Source: Candidatus Aminicenantes bacterium (GTDB lineage: Bacteria; Acidobacteriota; Aminicenantia; Aminicenantales; Saccharicenantaceae). Taken from it: DNA of 64,000 nt. Position numbers and translations under genes: made by a program. The DNA lies in the NCBI GenBank assembly GCA_002877915.1, contig PNJE01000009.1, forward strand, positions 3,061 through 67,060. Direction: 5' to 3'. This document shows positions 9,609-20,626 of the stretch, one piece after another (positions within the stretch are counted from its first letter, which is position 1; the number at the start of each line of letters is the position of its first letter). Under the pieces are notes generated by a model. The model saw nothing but the letters and a program-made list of their open reading frames with translations. It was not told the DNA's origin and did not search any database.

Positions 9609-10991
9609 TTATTTAGAATTAAGCTCTTTAATAGCCTCTTCTAAAACCTGGCGCACATCCCGCTGAATTATTTCCAGGTTTTGCGGACTATCGGCTTCAA
9701 ACCTCAGCACCAGCACCGGCTGAGTGTTAGAGGCTCGAACCAGGCCCCAGCCGTGCTTAAAAACTGCCCTTACCCCGTCAATGTCAATTAGTTGACTAAT
9801 TTCCGAATGAGGCCTGAGCTTTTCTTTAACCCTATCAACAATTTTAAATTTTACTTCATCCGAGGCATAAATCCTGATCTCTGGGGTGTTAAACACCGGA
9901 GGCAAATCTGATAAATATTCGGAAAGCTTTTTATTGGACCTGGAGACAATTTCCAATAACCTGGCCGAAGCATAAATGGCATCATCAAAACCAAACCAAC
10001 GATCAGCAAAGAAAATATGGCCGCTCATCTCGCCGGCCAGGAGAGCCTTTTCTTCTTTTATTTTTTCCTTAATCAACGAATGCCCCGTTTTCCACATAAT
10101 CGCCCGACCACCCAGCCGGGCAATCTCATTATAAAGAAGTCCTGAAGCCTTAACCTCAGAAATGATGGCCGCTCCAGGATTGCGAGGCAAAAGATCTCGG
10201 GCAAAAATAATAAGCAATTGATCGCCCCAAAGAATTTTTCCTTTCTCATCAACCAGCCCGATGCGGTCAGCATCTCCATCATAAGCTACGCCTAACTCAG
10301 CACCCGTTTCCACGACTTTGCTTATGAGGCTTTTTAGAGCATCAGGCAGAGTGGGATCAGGGTGGTGGTTAGGAAAGTGGCCATCCATTTCGGTAAAAAG
10401 TTCCACCACCTCGGCCCCCAGTCTTTTTAAAAGAGGCACGGCCACCGGTCCAGCGGTTCCATTCCCAGCATCAAGGACTACCTTAACCGGGCGCTGAAAT
10501 TTAACCTGGCGGACTATATAATCTAAATATTCTGGTACCAGATTATAGCTGCTTTTTTTACCCGGGGCTGCGGAAGAAACAAATTTTCCTTTTTCAATAA
10601 TATTATAGATTTCAACAATTTCATCTCCGTAGAGCGTATCGTGACCAATCATAATTTTAAAGCCATTGAACTCCGGGGGATTATGAGAGCCGGTAATCAT
10701 CATGGCCGCTTCATAGCCCTTATAATAACTGCCGAAATAAACCAAAGGGGTTGGGACAATACCTAAATCTATTACCTGACAGCCTGACTGAAGCAGACCT
10801 TCGGTCAGTCCTTCGAATAGCTCAGGCGAACTAAGGCGGCAATCACGGCCAACCGCCACTTGTCTTTTCCCGAGAGATTGAATCTTGGTGGCCACCGCCT
10901 GACCTATTATTCTGGCCACTCCAACATCCAGGTCCTGGCCAACTACCCCGCGGATATCATATTCCCGAAAAATTTCAGGATTCATGTTCAT
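9609..10991 (-). CDS. phosphomannomutase/phosphoglucomutase
   Basis: 460 aa. Phosphoserine loop TGSHNPPEFNGFK, Mg site DGDADR, sugar-binding GEMSGH. GGAGG Shine-Dalgarno upstream. Confidence 0.93.
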   Translation of the reverse strand: MNMNPEIFREYDIRGVVGQDLDVGVARIIGQAVATKIQSLGKRQVAVGRDCRLSSPELFEGLTEGLLQSGCQVIDLGIVPTPLVYFGSYYKGYEAAMMITGSHNPPEFNGFKIMIGHDTLYGDEIVEIYNIIEKGKFVSSAAPGKKSSYNLVPEYLDYIVRQVKFQRPVKVVLDAGNGTAGPVAVPLLKRLGAEVVELFTEMDGHFPNHHPDPTLPDALKSLISKVVETGAELGVAYDGDADRIGLVDEKGKILWGDQLLIIFARDLLPRNPGAAIISEVKASGLLYNEIARLGGRAIMWKTGHSLIKEKIKEEKALLAGEMSGHIFFADRWFGFDDAIYASARLLEIVSRSNKKLSEYLSDLPPVFNTPEIRIYASDEVKFKIVDRVKEKLRPHSEISQLIDIDGVRAVFKHGWGLVRASNTQPVLVLRFEADSPQNLEIIQRDVRQVLEEAIKELNSK

Positions 10992-11366
10992 CGCCAGCCT
11001 CCATTAAAGCTAATAATAGCTTAATTCATTTTTAAATTTTTTTGAATTCTTTTCTGCAAATTATAAATTAGCCCACCAGATAAAAATTACTCCCACTGGA
11101 AAATTCTTATCGCCGGCAAAAAGCCCAACTCTTAATTTTCAAGCTTCTTTTCTTCTTAAGCATCATGATTCCATTCTGGCAAAATAGGTCAAGGACCATC
11201 TGTCATCATTAAAAAAGCTTCGGCAAAAAAAATCCTAATCTTTGAAAAATCTGGCTACTAAAATTAAATTTTATCTCTGAGCCTTAGATGGCCATATTCC
11301 CAAAATCCACTAATGTCTCTTCGCCCTGGCAAAAGCCAGAGAAGACTTGGCTCCCCTTAATCAGGT

Positions 11367-11915
11367 TTATCTTAAATCACTGGCTCTGGATTTAATAGCG
11401 GACCACTTCCCCTGGGCTTTTAAAATGAACTCAATAAATTCCCTGACTGCCCCAAAACCACCCTTATTTTTACAGATATAAAGAGCAGCTTTTTTTATAT
11501 CAGGATGGGCATCCGCTACCGCTGCCCCCAGGCCAACCATCGTCATTATTTCCATATCTCCAAGGTCATCGCCAATATAGGCAATTTCTTTAAGACTTAA
11601 ATTATTGCTCCGGGCAATTTCTTCCAGGACAATTTTTTTATTTAAAATTCCTTGATGCACTTCATCGAGGCCAAGCCTGACGGCTCTTATTTCCAGAGCC
11701 GGGGATACTTTCCCAGTAATTACTCCTACTTTAAGACCAGCCATTCTCGCCAGAAAAATGCCCAGTCCATCCTGAACATTATAAGTTTTGACTTCCTGGC
11801 CATCAGGCAATAAATAAATCAGCCCATTAGTCAGCGTTCCATCAACGTCCATAAGCAGCATCTTAATTTGGCGGGCTGCCTTGAGACCTTTTAGGCGAAA
11901 AAATAAGCTTAACAT
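11367..11915 (-). CDS. kdsC: KdsC-type HAD phosphatase (3-deoxy-D-manno-octulosonate-8-phosphate phosphatase family)
   Basis: 182 aa. HAD motif I DVDGTLT, motif GDDLGD, and YrbI/KdsC size and pattern. The start is uncertain (the ATG at 11861 is also possible). Confidence 0.75.
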   Translation of the reverse strand: MLSLFFRLKGLKAARQIKMLLMDVDGTLTNGLIYLLPDGQEVKTYNVQDGLGIFLARMAGLKVGVITGKVSPALEIRAVRLGLDEVHQGILNKKIVLEEIARSNNLSLKEIAYIGDDLGDMEIMTMVGLGAAVADAHPDIKKAALYICKNKGGFGAVREFIEFILKAQGKWSAIKSRASDLR

Positions 11916-11955
11916 CTTTGCATCTCATTTATTATCAATAAGATAACATAAATCT

Positions 11956-13572
11956 TTAATCTGATTTATGGAGGCGCTTTTTTCGATATTCATAGGCAGC
12001 TGCTATAAAAGACTTAAATAAAGGGTGCGGCTCAAGCGGGCGGGATTTAAACTCTGGGTGGAATTGACAGCCAAGAAACCAGGGATGATCTTTAAGCTCG
12101 ATCATTTCTACCAGATCATGTTCAGGATTCTTTCCAGAAATAACCAGCCCGGCTGTAGAAAGAATTTTTTCGTATTCAGGATTGAATTCGTAACGATGGC
12201 GATGTCTTTCACTGATTATAGGCTTACGATAGATTGAATATGATAGTGTCCCTTTTTTTAGCTGGCAGTTGTATGCTCCGAGTCTCATTGTTCCACCTAA
12301 ATCCGTATTCTTCTTCAGGGCTCTCCACAGGCGGAAAATTTTATAAGGAGTATGGCTGTCAAATTCTTCACTATGAGCATTTTTCAGCCCGGCAACATTT
12401 CTGGCAAATTCTATAGTAGCACATTGCATTCCCAAGCAGATTCCGAAAAAGGGAACTTTTTTCAGTCGAGCATATTTAATGGCTTTAATTTTGCCCTCAA
12501 TTCCTCTTTGCCCGAAGCCTCCGGGGACAAGAATCCCATCTTTCTGCTTCAGTATCCTTTCGGGATTTCCCTTTTCTAAGTCTTCCGCTTCAATCCAATC
12601 AATATTAACCTTAAGATAATTAGCCAGGCCCCCATGATCCAGAGCCTGGTTCAAACTTATATAAGAATCATGCAGCCCAATATATTTTCCCACCAGAGCA
12701 ATATTAACCTCATCTTTCGGATAATGGCTGCGGTGAACTATATTTTTCCACCGGCTGAGGTCAGGCTGGCGAATCTCCAGGTCAAGCTTTTTTAAAATAA
12801 TACGGTCAAGCCCTTCTTCAGCAAAATTCAATGGTATGTCGTAAATAGAAGAGGCGTCCATCGCGGTAATAACTGCTTCCAGAGGGACATTAGTAAAAAG
12901 GGCAATCTTGGCTTTTAAATCAGCAGGAAGTTCCCGGCTCGTCCGGCACAGCAGAATGTCAGGTTGAATACCGATAGCCCTAAGCTCTTTGACACTGTGC
13001 TGAGTTGGCTTGGTTTTAAGTTCGCCCGAGGTCCCAATAAAAGGGATCAAGGTTAAATGAATAAAAAGGGTATTCTCAACGCCAAGGGAAAGCCTCATCT
13101 GTCTGATAGCTTCGAGAAATGGCTGGCTTTCAATATCACCAACGGTTCCACCGATTTCGACAATTACTATATCATTATTGCCGGCTACGGAATAAAAGGC
13201 ATTCTTGATTTCATCAGTAACATGAGGGATTACTTGGACAGTTTTGCCCAGGTAATCTCCGCGCCTTTCTTTCTTAATAATTAATTCATAGATTTTTCCA
13301 GCCGTCCAGTTGTTTGACCTCGTCGTCCTGGTAGAAGTGAACCGTTCATAATGTCCCAAATCAAGATCGGTTTCAGCGCCGTCATCAGTGACATAGACTT
13401 CCCCGTGCTGGAAAGGGCTCATAGTTCCCGGGTCAACATTAAGATATGGATCGAATTTTTGCAGGGTTATTTTATAGCCATGTGATTCTAAAAGCAGTCC
13501 AATGGAAGCGGCTGCAATTCCCTTGCCCAAGCCTGAAATTACTCCACCGGTTACAAAAATAAATTTACTCAT
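11956..13572 (-). CDS. pyrG: CTP synthase
   Basis: 538 aa. N-terminus [13 protein letters not shown] and a C-terminal glutamine amidotransferase domain (GICLGMQ, HRHRYE). Confidence 0.97.
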   Translation of the reverse strand: MSKFIFVTGGVISGLGKGIAAASIGLLLESHGYKITLQKFDPYLNVDPGTMSPFQHGEVYVTDDGAETDLDLGHYERFTSTRTTRSNNWTAGKIYELIIKKERRGDYLGKTVQVIPHVTDEIKNAFYSVAGNNDIVIVEIGGTVGDIESQPFLEAIRQMRLSLGVENTLFIHLTLIPFIGTSGELKTKPTQHSVKELRAIGIQPDILLCRTSRELPADLKAKIALFTNVPLEAVITAMDASSIYDIPLNFAEEGLDRIILKKLDLEIRQPDLSRWKNIVHRSHYPKDEVNIALVGKYIGLHDSYISLNQALDHGGLANYLKVNIDWIEAEDLEKGNPERILKQKDGILVPGGFGQRGIEGKIKAIKYARLKKVPFFGICLGMQCATIEFARNVAGLKNAHSEEFDSHTPYKIFRLWRALKKNTDLGGTMRLGAYNCQLKKGTLSYSIYRKPIISERHRHRYEFNPEYEKILSTAGLVISGKNPEHDLVEMIELKDHPWFLGCQFHPEFKSRPLEPHPLFKSFIAAAYEYRKKRLHKSD

Positions 13573-13857
13573 TTTATGACCCTCTTTCGAGCGTTTGATT
13601 TAAGTTTGATTATAAACCTTTTGAATTTACTGCTCAAGAAATATTCCCACTCTTCGAAAAAAATTTAGACAAACCAGAGCAATTCTGGCAAAATCTTAAT
13701 CTAATTAGCCGCAGAAACTTTGAATCGATTATTTTTTGAAAAAAATAAGAATTTTAATTTTATGTCAAGAGCTTCTCATTTTGATGTTACGTAAAGATCA
13801 AAAGTAGATGGCAGGGGAAAATCTATATGGCAAACTCGGCTACTTTGCAATTATATT

Positions 13858-14376
13858 TCAGCACATAAAGCTTCTGTTTTGGAATGACTGCCACAATAAT
13901 TTTATCACCAGCAAGATATCTCTATTTATAAATTCCAGCCCTTCTGCTTCAGGGCACGCAAAAACCTTTTCCTTTTTTCCCGGACGAGCCTGATAATAGC
14001 GATGCCTTAAGGCAAAGCTACGGATCGTCGCCCTATGAAAGGGATGGCCGAAACGCTTGGATGCCTCTTCATCCAGAACAACAAAATTAAATCTACCTCG
14101 ATAGACCTGGGCCTGCCGCCGGATATAATCTAACTCCTGGTGAAGCCACCGTTCCTCTGGCAACTTATGAAAGCAACTATCCTGGCGACCATATAGCGAG
14201 AAGGGCTTTTGCCCAATAATACATTCCAGTCAGCGCTGGCGCAGACGATATAGCCTCGCTCGCTTGATGTCCAAAAGCTCACAGGCCTTCTCCTCACTGA
14301 GCCGATGCTCATTAAAGGCCCTTAAAACATCCTCAACCAACTCCAATGGTAATCGCTTATGAAGTTGATTTTTCAT
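13858..14376 (-). pseudogene. transposase remnant: HTH N-terminal part only, one in-frame TGA, no DDE domain
   Basis: By hand, the ATG at 14376 and track ORF 13858..14163 are in the same frame. Translation reads MKNQLHKRLPLELVEDVLRAFNEHRLSEEKACELLDIKRARLYRLRQR*LECIIGQ...PEERWLHQELDYIRRQ.... The TGA lies at 14232-14230, where a Trp would fit. The ORF ends after ~170 codons with a degenerate tail. Confidence 0.6.
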
Positions 14377-14613
14377 CGTGGGAGGACGTTCTCTCTGATT
14401 TCTGTTCGGCCACAGACTGTCCGCATAACGTCTACTCTTCGTCTACTTTTTGTCTGCTTATGCTTTTTTAAATTAGGTCTATTTTTAATTATTGCAGAGC
14501 AGATATTACTATTTCGAAATTTCTATTTAAATTTTATTCCAGACAACAAATAAGCTAACCCCCAAACGCTATTAGTAAAGCAAAATAAAAAAGCGGCTTA
14601 TTATTATTAATAT

Positions 14614-15042
14614 TTAAGGCGTCTGTATCTTTTTCTCTGATTTTTCTGGTTCTGATCCCGAAAGCAAGCCCGGGACTTCGGCAGTCTGGCAAGTAGCTTC
14701 AAGATAAGCTCCTTCTTCAACTATTAATCGGGGAGAAATTAAAGTGCCATAAACCCGACCTTTATTATGAACTTCTATTCTTTCCTTGGCTTGCAAATTT
14801 CCTTTAATTTCTCCGTTTATGATTAGCTGACCAACTGAGACATCGGCCTCAACTTGACCTTTTTCTCCCACTATAAGCAAAGAATCCGAAATAATTTTAC
14901 CCTGAAAATACCCTTCTATCCGAAAAGAACCTTTAAAGCTGAGTTCTCCTTTAAATTCTGTACCATGATCAATGAGTCCAGCTAATCTGGATTCGTCCAT
15001 TATTTCTCTTACCCTTTCTTTTTCCTTTTCTTTTTCTTTCAT
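14614..15042 (-). CDS. bactofilin-family cytoskeletal protein
   Basis: 142 aa. Repetitive beta-helix pattern typical of bactofilin/DUF583 (FKGELSFKGSFRIEGYFQGKI...VEADVSVGQLIINGEIKGNL...RVYGTLISPRLIVEEGA). The ATG shares 1 nt with the parB stop (TAATG). Confidence 0.8.
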   Translation of the reverse strand: MKEKEKEKERVREIMDESRLAGLIDHGTEFKGELSFKGSFRIEGYFQGKIISDSLLIVGEKGQVEADVSVGQLIINGEIKGNLQAKERIEVHNKGRVYGTLISPRLIVEEGAYLEATCQTAEVPGLLSGSEPEKSEKKIQTP

Positions 15043-15887
15043 TATTTGGCTCCTTTTATCTTATCATAAATTCGGTTCAAGTCATCCAGAGAAAAATATA
15101 ATATCTTAATTGTACCTTTATTTCTGCTTCCGCTAATAACTACCTTTGTTCCAAGGAATTTAACTAGTTCTTCTTCTAAGGCCTTAAGATCTGGATCTTC
15201 CAATGATACCTGGGCTCTTGGTGGTCTTTCTTTAAACTTTTGAACTAACCTTTCCGTTTCCCTAACCGAGAGATCTTTGGCTGTTATCTGCTGCGCGACC
15301 AAGAGTTGCAACTCTGGATCTTCAAGGGCTAAGATGGCTCTGGCTTGACCCATCGAGAGTTTATTTACGCGAATTAATTTTTTAACTTCATCAGGAAGCC
15401 TGAGCAATCTAACATAATTGGCGACCGAAGCCCGGTCTTTGCCTACCTTATCAGCTATTTCCTGCTGGGTGAGCCCAAGTTCCTCACTCAAACGCTGAAA
15501 GGCCGAGGCAATTTCCAAGGGATTCAGGTCTTCTCGGTGAATGTTCTCAATAAGGGAAATTTCAAGCTGCTTTTCAGCGGAAATATTTCTAATTATTACC
15601 GGAATCGCCTTTAAACCTGCTTTTTGAGCCGCTCTCCACCTTCGTTCTCCTACAATAATTTTATAATGGTCTTCCTCCGGGACAACCAAGATAGGCTGAA
15701 TAATCCCCGTTTCTTTAATAGATTTAGCCAGATCGTCAATTGATTGATCATCAAATAACATCCTTGGTTGCAGGGGATTAGGTCTCACCTTTTCAATTTC
15801 TACCTCGGCATATCGGTCTTCTTTCAATATTCCAAATTCTTCGGGTATAAAGGCCCCGAGTCCTTTTCCCAGAGCTTTTTTGGTCAT
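15042..15887 (-). CDS. parB: chromosome partitioning protein ParB
   Basis: 281 aa. ParB box GERRWRAA and an HTH region ([26 protein letters not shown]). 4-nt overlap with parA. Confidence 0.95.
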   Translation of the reverse strand: MTKKALGKGLGAFIPEEFGILKEDRYAEVEIEKVRPNPLQPRMLFDDQSIDDLAKSIKETGIIQPILVVPEEDHYKIIVGERRWRAAQKAGLKAIPVIIRNISAEKQLEISLIENIHREDLNPLEIASAFQRLSEELGLTQQEIADKVGKDRASVANYVRLLRLPDEVKKLIRVNKLSMGQARAILALEDPELQLLVAQQITAKDLSVRETERLVQKFKERPPRAQVSLEDPDLKALEEELVKFLGTKVVISGSRNKGTIKILYFSLDDLNRIYDKIKGAK

Positions 15888-16639
15888 TTTCCTATTAACT
15901 CCTCTGCCAAATTGAGATAGGCTTCTGCCCCCTTAGATTTCGGGTCATAAAGAATAATCGGCTTCCCAAAGCTGGGAGCCTCGGCTAATCTTATGCTTCT
16001 CGGAATTAAGGTATTAAAAATAACCCCTTTTAGCGATTTTCTTACCTCTTCGGCCACCTGCCTGGCCAGGTTGGTTCTTTCATCAAACATAGTTAGAAGA
16101 ATTCCCTCGACATAGAGTTGGGGATTAAAATAAGTTCTGACCATATCAAGGGTATGAAATAGATCAGGAATTCCTTCCATGCAGAAAAATTCAGCCTGGA
16201 CTGGAATTAAAATTGAATCAGCAGCTGATAGAGCGTTAATGGTTAAAAAGCCAAGAGACGGGGGGCAATCAATCAGGATGAAATTAAATAATTTTTTTAC
16301 TTTATCCAAGGAAATCTTAAGCCTTTTTTCTCTTTCTGGTATTTGGTAAAGCTCCGCTTCTGCGCCGCTCAGTTCAGGAGAGCAAGCACACAAAAATAAA
16401 TTTTCTACCTCGGTTGGAGTAACACAATCCATTACATCTTTACCATTAAGGAGAGCCTGATAAATTCCCTTTCCTCTTTCCTTAGGCTTTCCCAGCCCTA
16501 TGGTGGCCATTCCTTGGGGATCAAAATCAACTATCAAAATTCTGAGGTTTTTTAGCGCCAGGGCAGCTCCCAGATTGATAGTAGTCGTAGTTTTACCTAC
16601 ACCGCCTTTTTGATTGGCAATAGCTATAATCTTATTCAT
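15884..16639 (-). CDS. parA: chromosome partitioning ATPase ParA/Soj
   Basis: 251 aa. Deviant Walker [10 protein letters not shown] and the ParA/MinD family pattern. Overlaps the mnmG stop by 8 nt. Confidence 0.95.
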   Translation of the reverse strand: MNKIIAIANQKGGVGKTTTTINLGAALALKNLRILIVDFDPQGMATIGLGKPKERGKGIYQALLNGKDVMDCVTPTEVENLFLCACSPELSGAEAELYQIPEREKRLKISLDKVKKLFNFILIDCPPSLGFLTINALSAADSILIPVQAEFFCMEGIPDLFHTLDMVRTYFNPQLYVEGILLTMFDERTNLARQVAEEVRKSLKGVIFNTLIPRSIRLAEAPSFGKPIILYDPKSKGAEAYLNLAEELIGK

Positions 16640-18515
16640 CAGCCTTTATTGTTCCACGTGGAACATTTTCTTCCGATTTTCTTCTCCTGATAACCTCAAG
16701 GTATAGATAGATATTATAAACAGCCGCCGGGGTAATTCCAGATATTTTTTTTACTTCACCCATAGTCCTTGGTCTGAATTTCTCCATTTTTTCTATTATT
16801 TCCTTGGTAAGGCCAGGTATTTCTTTTAAATTTAGGTTTTCCGGAAGAATCAAGGAATCTAACTTCATTAATTTACTGATTTCTTTCTCCTGCTTTTTTA
16901 TATATCCCTCATATTTTATTTCTGATTCTACAAATCTTTTTTCTTCCCTTGACAATTCCAGGGGCAATTTTATTATTTTTTCAATGGCCTCAAGATTTAT
17001 TTCAGGCTTTCGGAGATAATTGACGAGCGGTATTAATTCATTATTCTCACGTTGAATCTTTTCTTCGTTTAAAAATTCTATTACTTTTTGGGTTCTCTCT
17101 TGTTTCTTTAAGAATTTTTCATAATCTGCTTGTTCTATTAGGCCCAACTTATACCCATAGGGCATTAATCTCCGGTCGGCATTATCAATTCTCAGATTCA
17201 ACCTATACTCAGCTCGAGAAGTAAAAAGACGATAGGGCTCTTCAACTCCTAAAGAAATAAGATCGTCAATAAGCACCCCAATATAAGCCTCATGCCGTCC
17301 AAGGATGAAGGGAGGCTGATTTCTCAGCCTTAGCACCGCATTTATTCCCGCCATTAGACCGAGAGCCGCAGCCTCTTCATAACCAGAAGTCCCATTTATC
17401 TGTCCAGCCAGATATAAATTTTTGATTCTTTTGGTTTCGAGAGTCGGCTTCAGTTCAATGGGGGAGACCGCATCATATTCTATGCCATAAGCCGGCCTTA
17501 AAATTTTGGCCTCTTCAAGTCCGGGGATACTCTTTAAAATCTCCTTTTGCACTTCATAGGGTAAACTGGAAGATAGACCATTTACATAAATTTCGGTGGT
17601 ATTAAGTCCTTCTGGCTCCAAGAAAAATTGGTGCCTTGAATGATGGGGGAATTTGACCACTTTATCCTCTATAGAGGGACAATATCTCGGACCAATTCCT
17701 TTTATTTTTCCGCTGAAAAGCGGGGATTTATCAAGGTTTTTCCTTATTACCTGATGGGTCTTTTCATTGGTATAGCCAACATAGCAGACAATTTTATTCT
17801 CCAGCTCCCGGGTGGTTCTAAAAGAGAAAGCCACCGGCTTTTCATCTCCCGGCTGAGGCCGAAATTTATTCCAATCGATGCTGTTTTTATCCAGCCTCAT
17901 TGGTGTCCCTGTTTTCAGTCTAAGAATCCCAAAGCCCAGACGCTTAAGAGCCTCAGCCAGTTCTATGGAAGGCGGTTCATTAGCCCTTCCGGCTTGATAA
18001 CTATTAAGACCAATATGAATTAATCCGTTGAGAAAAGTCCCTGGAGTTAAAATGACTGCCCCAGCTTTTATTTTGGTCCCATCTTTATTTACAACTCCTT
18101 TTATCTCATCTCCTTCCACTATTAAATCAGTTACTATTGATTGGAGAACTCTTAACCTGGGGATTTCCTCTAACCATTTTTTCATAGTTAAGCGATAGGC
18201 AGCTTTGTCGCATTGAGCTCTGGGCCCTTGAACGGCGCCCCCTCTGCTCTGATTTAAAAGCTTAAAGTGAATGCCTGTTTCGTCAGCCAGGAGCCCTATC
18301 AAACCACCCAGAGCATCAATTTCCCTTACCAAATGACCCTTAGCCAGGCCTCCAATGGCCGGGTTGCAGGACATTTGGGCAATAGTCTCGAGATGGATTG
18401 TAATAAGGCAGGTGGACGCCCCCATTCTGGCCGCGGCCGCCGCCGCTTCACAGCCAGCATGGCCGGCTCCTACCACGACAACATCAAATTCTTCATCGAA
18501 ATTAAGATGGCTCAT
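16632..18515 (-). CDS. mnmG: tRNA uridine-5-carboxymethylaminomethyl modification enzyme MnmG (GidA)
   Basis: 627 aa. FAD motif [13 protein letters not shown] and full-length GidA pattern. Confidence 0.97.
   Translation of the reverse strand: MSHLNFDEEFDVVVVGAGHAGCEAAAAAARMGASTCLITIHLETIAQMSCNPAIGGLAKGHLVREIDALGGLIGLLADETGIHFKLLNQSRGGAVQGPRAQCDKAAYRLTMKKWLEEIPRLRVLQSIVTDLIVEGDEIKGVVNKDGTKIKAGAVILTPGTFLNGLIHIGLNSYQAGRANEPPSIELAEALKRLGFGILRLKTGTPMRLDKNSIDWNKFRPQPGDEKPVAFSFRTTRELENKIVCYVGYTNEKTHQVIRKNLDKSPLFSGKIKGIGPRYCPSIEDKVVKFPHHSRHQFFLEPEGLNTTEIYVNGLSSSLPYEVQKEILKSIPGLEEAKILRPAYGIEYDAVSPIELKPTLETKRIKNLYLAGQINGTSGYEEAAALGLMAGINAVLRLRNQPPFILGRHEAYIGVLIDDLISLGVEEPYRLFTSRAEYRLNLRIDNADRRLMPYGYKLGLIEQADYEKFLKKQERTQKVIEFLNEEKIQRENNELIPLVNYLRKPEINLEAIEKIIKLPLELSREEKRFVESEIKYEGYIKKQEKEISKLMKLDSLILPENLNLKEIPGLTKEIIEKMEKFRPRTMGEVKKISGITPAAVYNIYLYLEVIRRRKSEENVPRGTIKADE
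16650..16665. other. candidate parS centromere-like site
   Basis: TGTTCCACGTGGAACA is a perfect 16-bp palindrome. It differs at one position from the TGTTNCACGTGAAACA consensus (A to G at position 12, which keeps the symmetry). It lies in the last codons of mnmG (encoding ..VPRGT..), 11-26 nt upstream of the parA start. Confidence 0.6.
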
Positions 18516-19888
18516 TTTCCTATGCAGAATCTATTAAAAATTTGCTCAATTATTTCCTGGCTTTTTATTTCTCCGGTCAGCTGACCTAAAACGGGCAGGG
18601 CTTCTTTTAGTTCTTCTGCCACGAGCTCTTCGCTAAATCCTTCCTCCAGCAGAAGACCTGATTTTTCTAAATTAGCTTTAATTTTCTCGAGAAGAATTTT
18701 CTGATGTTCGTGGAGAATAATATCATCCTGCCTTTCGGCTGTGGGGGAAAAGGTTTGAAGCATCAATGTTTTCAAATTCTCCAAATTAATGCCTTTCAAA
18801 GCGGAAACATCTATGGAGGCAGACTGTGAATACCGCTTAAGAATCTCATTTTTGTCAATTTTAGGCTCGAGATCGCATTTATTAAAGACTATTAAGCTCT
18901 TTTTCTGCTGAAATTTCTCCAATAAATAAAAGTCTTCCTCACTTTCTTCCCGGGAGGAATCAAGTATAATCAAAAGGCCATCGGCCTGTTCGGCTATTTT
19001 CTGACTCCGGATAATTCCTTCTTCTTCCACCGGATGCTGAGCGAGCCCGAATCCAGCCATATCAACCAGCCGCATTAAAACTCCATTAACATTGATATTC
19101 TCCCGGATAAAATCACGGGTAGTGCCGGGATAAGGAGTCACTATCGACCTTTCTTCCTCCAGAAGAGCATTAAAAAGAGTTGATTTACCGACATTAGTTT
19201 TCCCCAGCAAGGCGATGGTTAAGCCTTCAAGCAGAGCCCGTCCCTGTTCATAACTTTTAATCAACTGCTCAACACCATCGATAAGCCCTTTCATCCCAGC
19301 CTTTATCTGGCTTCGGCTTATCTCTACGTCTTCATCCGGAAATTCTAAAATAGTCTCAAGCAAAACCAGAACCTCTACCAATTGCTCTCTCAAATTGCTT
19401 ATTCTTTTAGAAAGACTGCCCTCAAGCTGGCGGAAGGATATTTTAGCCTGATCAAGAGAAACCGCCCTAATCAAGTCATTGACAGCCTCCGCCTGAATAA
19501 TATCTATTCGCCCGTTGAGATAGGCTCTCAGAGTAAATTCGCCAGGATGAGCCAGCCTGGCCCCGGCTTCGATTCCCAACTTGACTGCTTCCGAAAGTAA
19601 AACTGGCGAGCCATGGAGGTTGATCTCGACTACATCTTCCCTGGTATAAGAACCTGGAGCTGGAAAATAGCATAAATAACCGGCGTCAAGTTTTTCCCCT
19701 ATTTTGGAATTCAATAGATAACCAAAGCATAAGGTTCGAGGATTTTCAGCCGGGTTATTTTTTTCAACCTGAAATATTTGTCTGGCCACATCAAGAGCTT
19801 TAGGCCCACTTATCCTGACAATTCCGATTCCTCCAGAACCCGGGGGAGTAGAAACTGCTATGATAGTATCTTCAAGATTAGGATTCAT
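18512..19888 (-). CDS. mnmE: tRNA modification GTPase MnmE (TrmE)
   Basis: 458 aa. G-domain [12 protein letters not shown] and the C-terminal CIGK tetrapeptide. Confidence 0.96.
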   Translation of the reverse strand: MNPNLEDTIIAVSTPPGSGGIGIVRISGPKALDVARQIFQVEKNNPAENPRTLCFGYLLNSKIGEKLDAGYLCYFPAPGSYTREDVVEINLHGSPVLLSEAVKLGIEAGARLAHPGEFTLRAYLNGRIDIIQAEAVNDLIRAVSLDQAKISFRQLEGSLSKRISNLREQLVEVLVLLETILEFPDEDVEISRSQIKAGMKGLIDGVEQLIKSYEQGRALLEGLTIALLGKTNVGKSTLFNALLEEERSIVTPYPGTTRDFIRENINVNGVLMRLVDMAGFGLAQHPVEEEGIIRSQKIAEQADGLLIILDSSREESEEDFYLLEKFQQKKSLIVFNKCDLEPKIDKNEILKRYSQSASIDVSALKGINLENLKTLMLQTFSPTAERQDDIILHEHQKILLEKIKANLEKSGLLLEEGFSEELVAEELKEALPVLGQLTGEIKSQEIIEQIFNRFCIGK

Positions 19889-19948
19889 ATTTTAATTTTA
19901 GCCCTGGAATCAACGATAGTAAACAGATTTCGGTTGAAAGAAAAAGCC

Positions 19949-20626
19949 TTACTCTTCAGATAAACGGCCTTTCTGGCTGTTATTTTCAACCTTGAAAATC
20001 CGCACCTTCTTTAAAAAGCCCTCGCCCAAGCTTTCCGTAGTCAAGCCAGGAATCTGATTTATAACTATATGAATAATTCTTCGTTCGTAAGGGTTCATGA
20101 AATCGAGTATTTCTTCCTGGCCTGTTTCCTTCACCTTCTGGGCAATCTCAGTGGCATATTCCCTCAATTTTTTTTCTTTCCGGCGGCGGAAAAATTCGCA
20201 GTCTACCTGAACTTTAGTGGTTGAAATTTTATTCAGAAGATGCTGAATGGCCAGCAAGAGAGCTCCATCATTCTTTAACAATAAACGCTTGTCCTCGCCA
20301 TCGAAAATCACGTAAATTAGCTGATCTCTCTTTTTTATTTGATAAGTTAAAGATAAAGGAAAGACTTCCAGCAACTTCTTCAAAAAATTGGTGACTGCGT
20401 TTTCTTCATCATCGCCTTTAAGCCAGGTGCGAATGACTATCTCTTTATTTTTAAGACCAAAAAGCTTAGTTTTTTCGGTCACAATTTCATAATTAAATTT
20501 TTCCCGCGGGACTTTCAGCACATGTTCTGCCAGGCTAAGGGCATCTTCGAGGCTTCTGCCCTTAAACTCTTGTTTTTCAATATTTTGCACGTCGGTAGAG
20601 TGATTATTTTTTTCTTCTTTTGCCAT
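19949..20626 (-). CDS. Jag/KhpB-type RNA-binding protein (Jag_N, KH, R3H)
   Basis: 225 aa. C-terminal R3H pattern (NPYERRIIHIVI) and the conserved position after yidC. 23-nt overlap with yidC. Confidence 0.85.
   Translation of the reverse strand: MAKEEKNNHSTDVQNIEKQEFKGRSLEDALSLAEHVLKVPREKFNYEIVTEKTKLFGLKNKEIVIRTWLKGDDEENAVTNFLKKLLEVFPLSLTYQIKKRDQLIYVIFDGEDKRLLLKNDGALLLAIQHLLNKISTTKVQVDCEFFRRRKEKKLREYATEIAQKVKETGQEEILDFMNPYERRIIHIVINQIPGLTTESLGEGFLKKVRIFKVENNSQKGRLSEE

Noticed and set aside
10992-11366. 375-bp gap between PMM/PGM and kdsC as an RNase P RNA or other structured RNA.
   Set aside because: It is AT-rich with no conserved RNase P (GAGGAAAGTCC-type) or SRP/6S hallmarks. It is adequately explained as the kdsC terminator region (imperfect hairpin around 11320-11350) plus the promoter of the PMM-manC operon.
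13808-13993. 61-aa plus-strand ORF in the pyrG upstream region.
   Set aside because: It overlaps the transposase remnant on the opposite strand and has no Shine-Dalgarno or recognisable features. It is probably spurious.
14230-14232. The in-frame TGA in the transposase-like ORF could indicate a TGA-sense genetic code (code 4/25).
   Set aside because: Many well-conserved genes here terminate at TGA at the expected length (for example rpmH, and several ATGA stop/start overlaps in the par, sigma and hydrogenase operons). No conserved protein shows internal TGA. The standard code with a nonsense mutation in a decaying IS is simpler.
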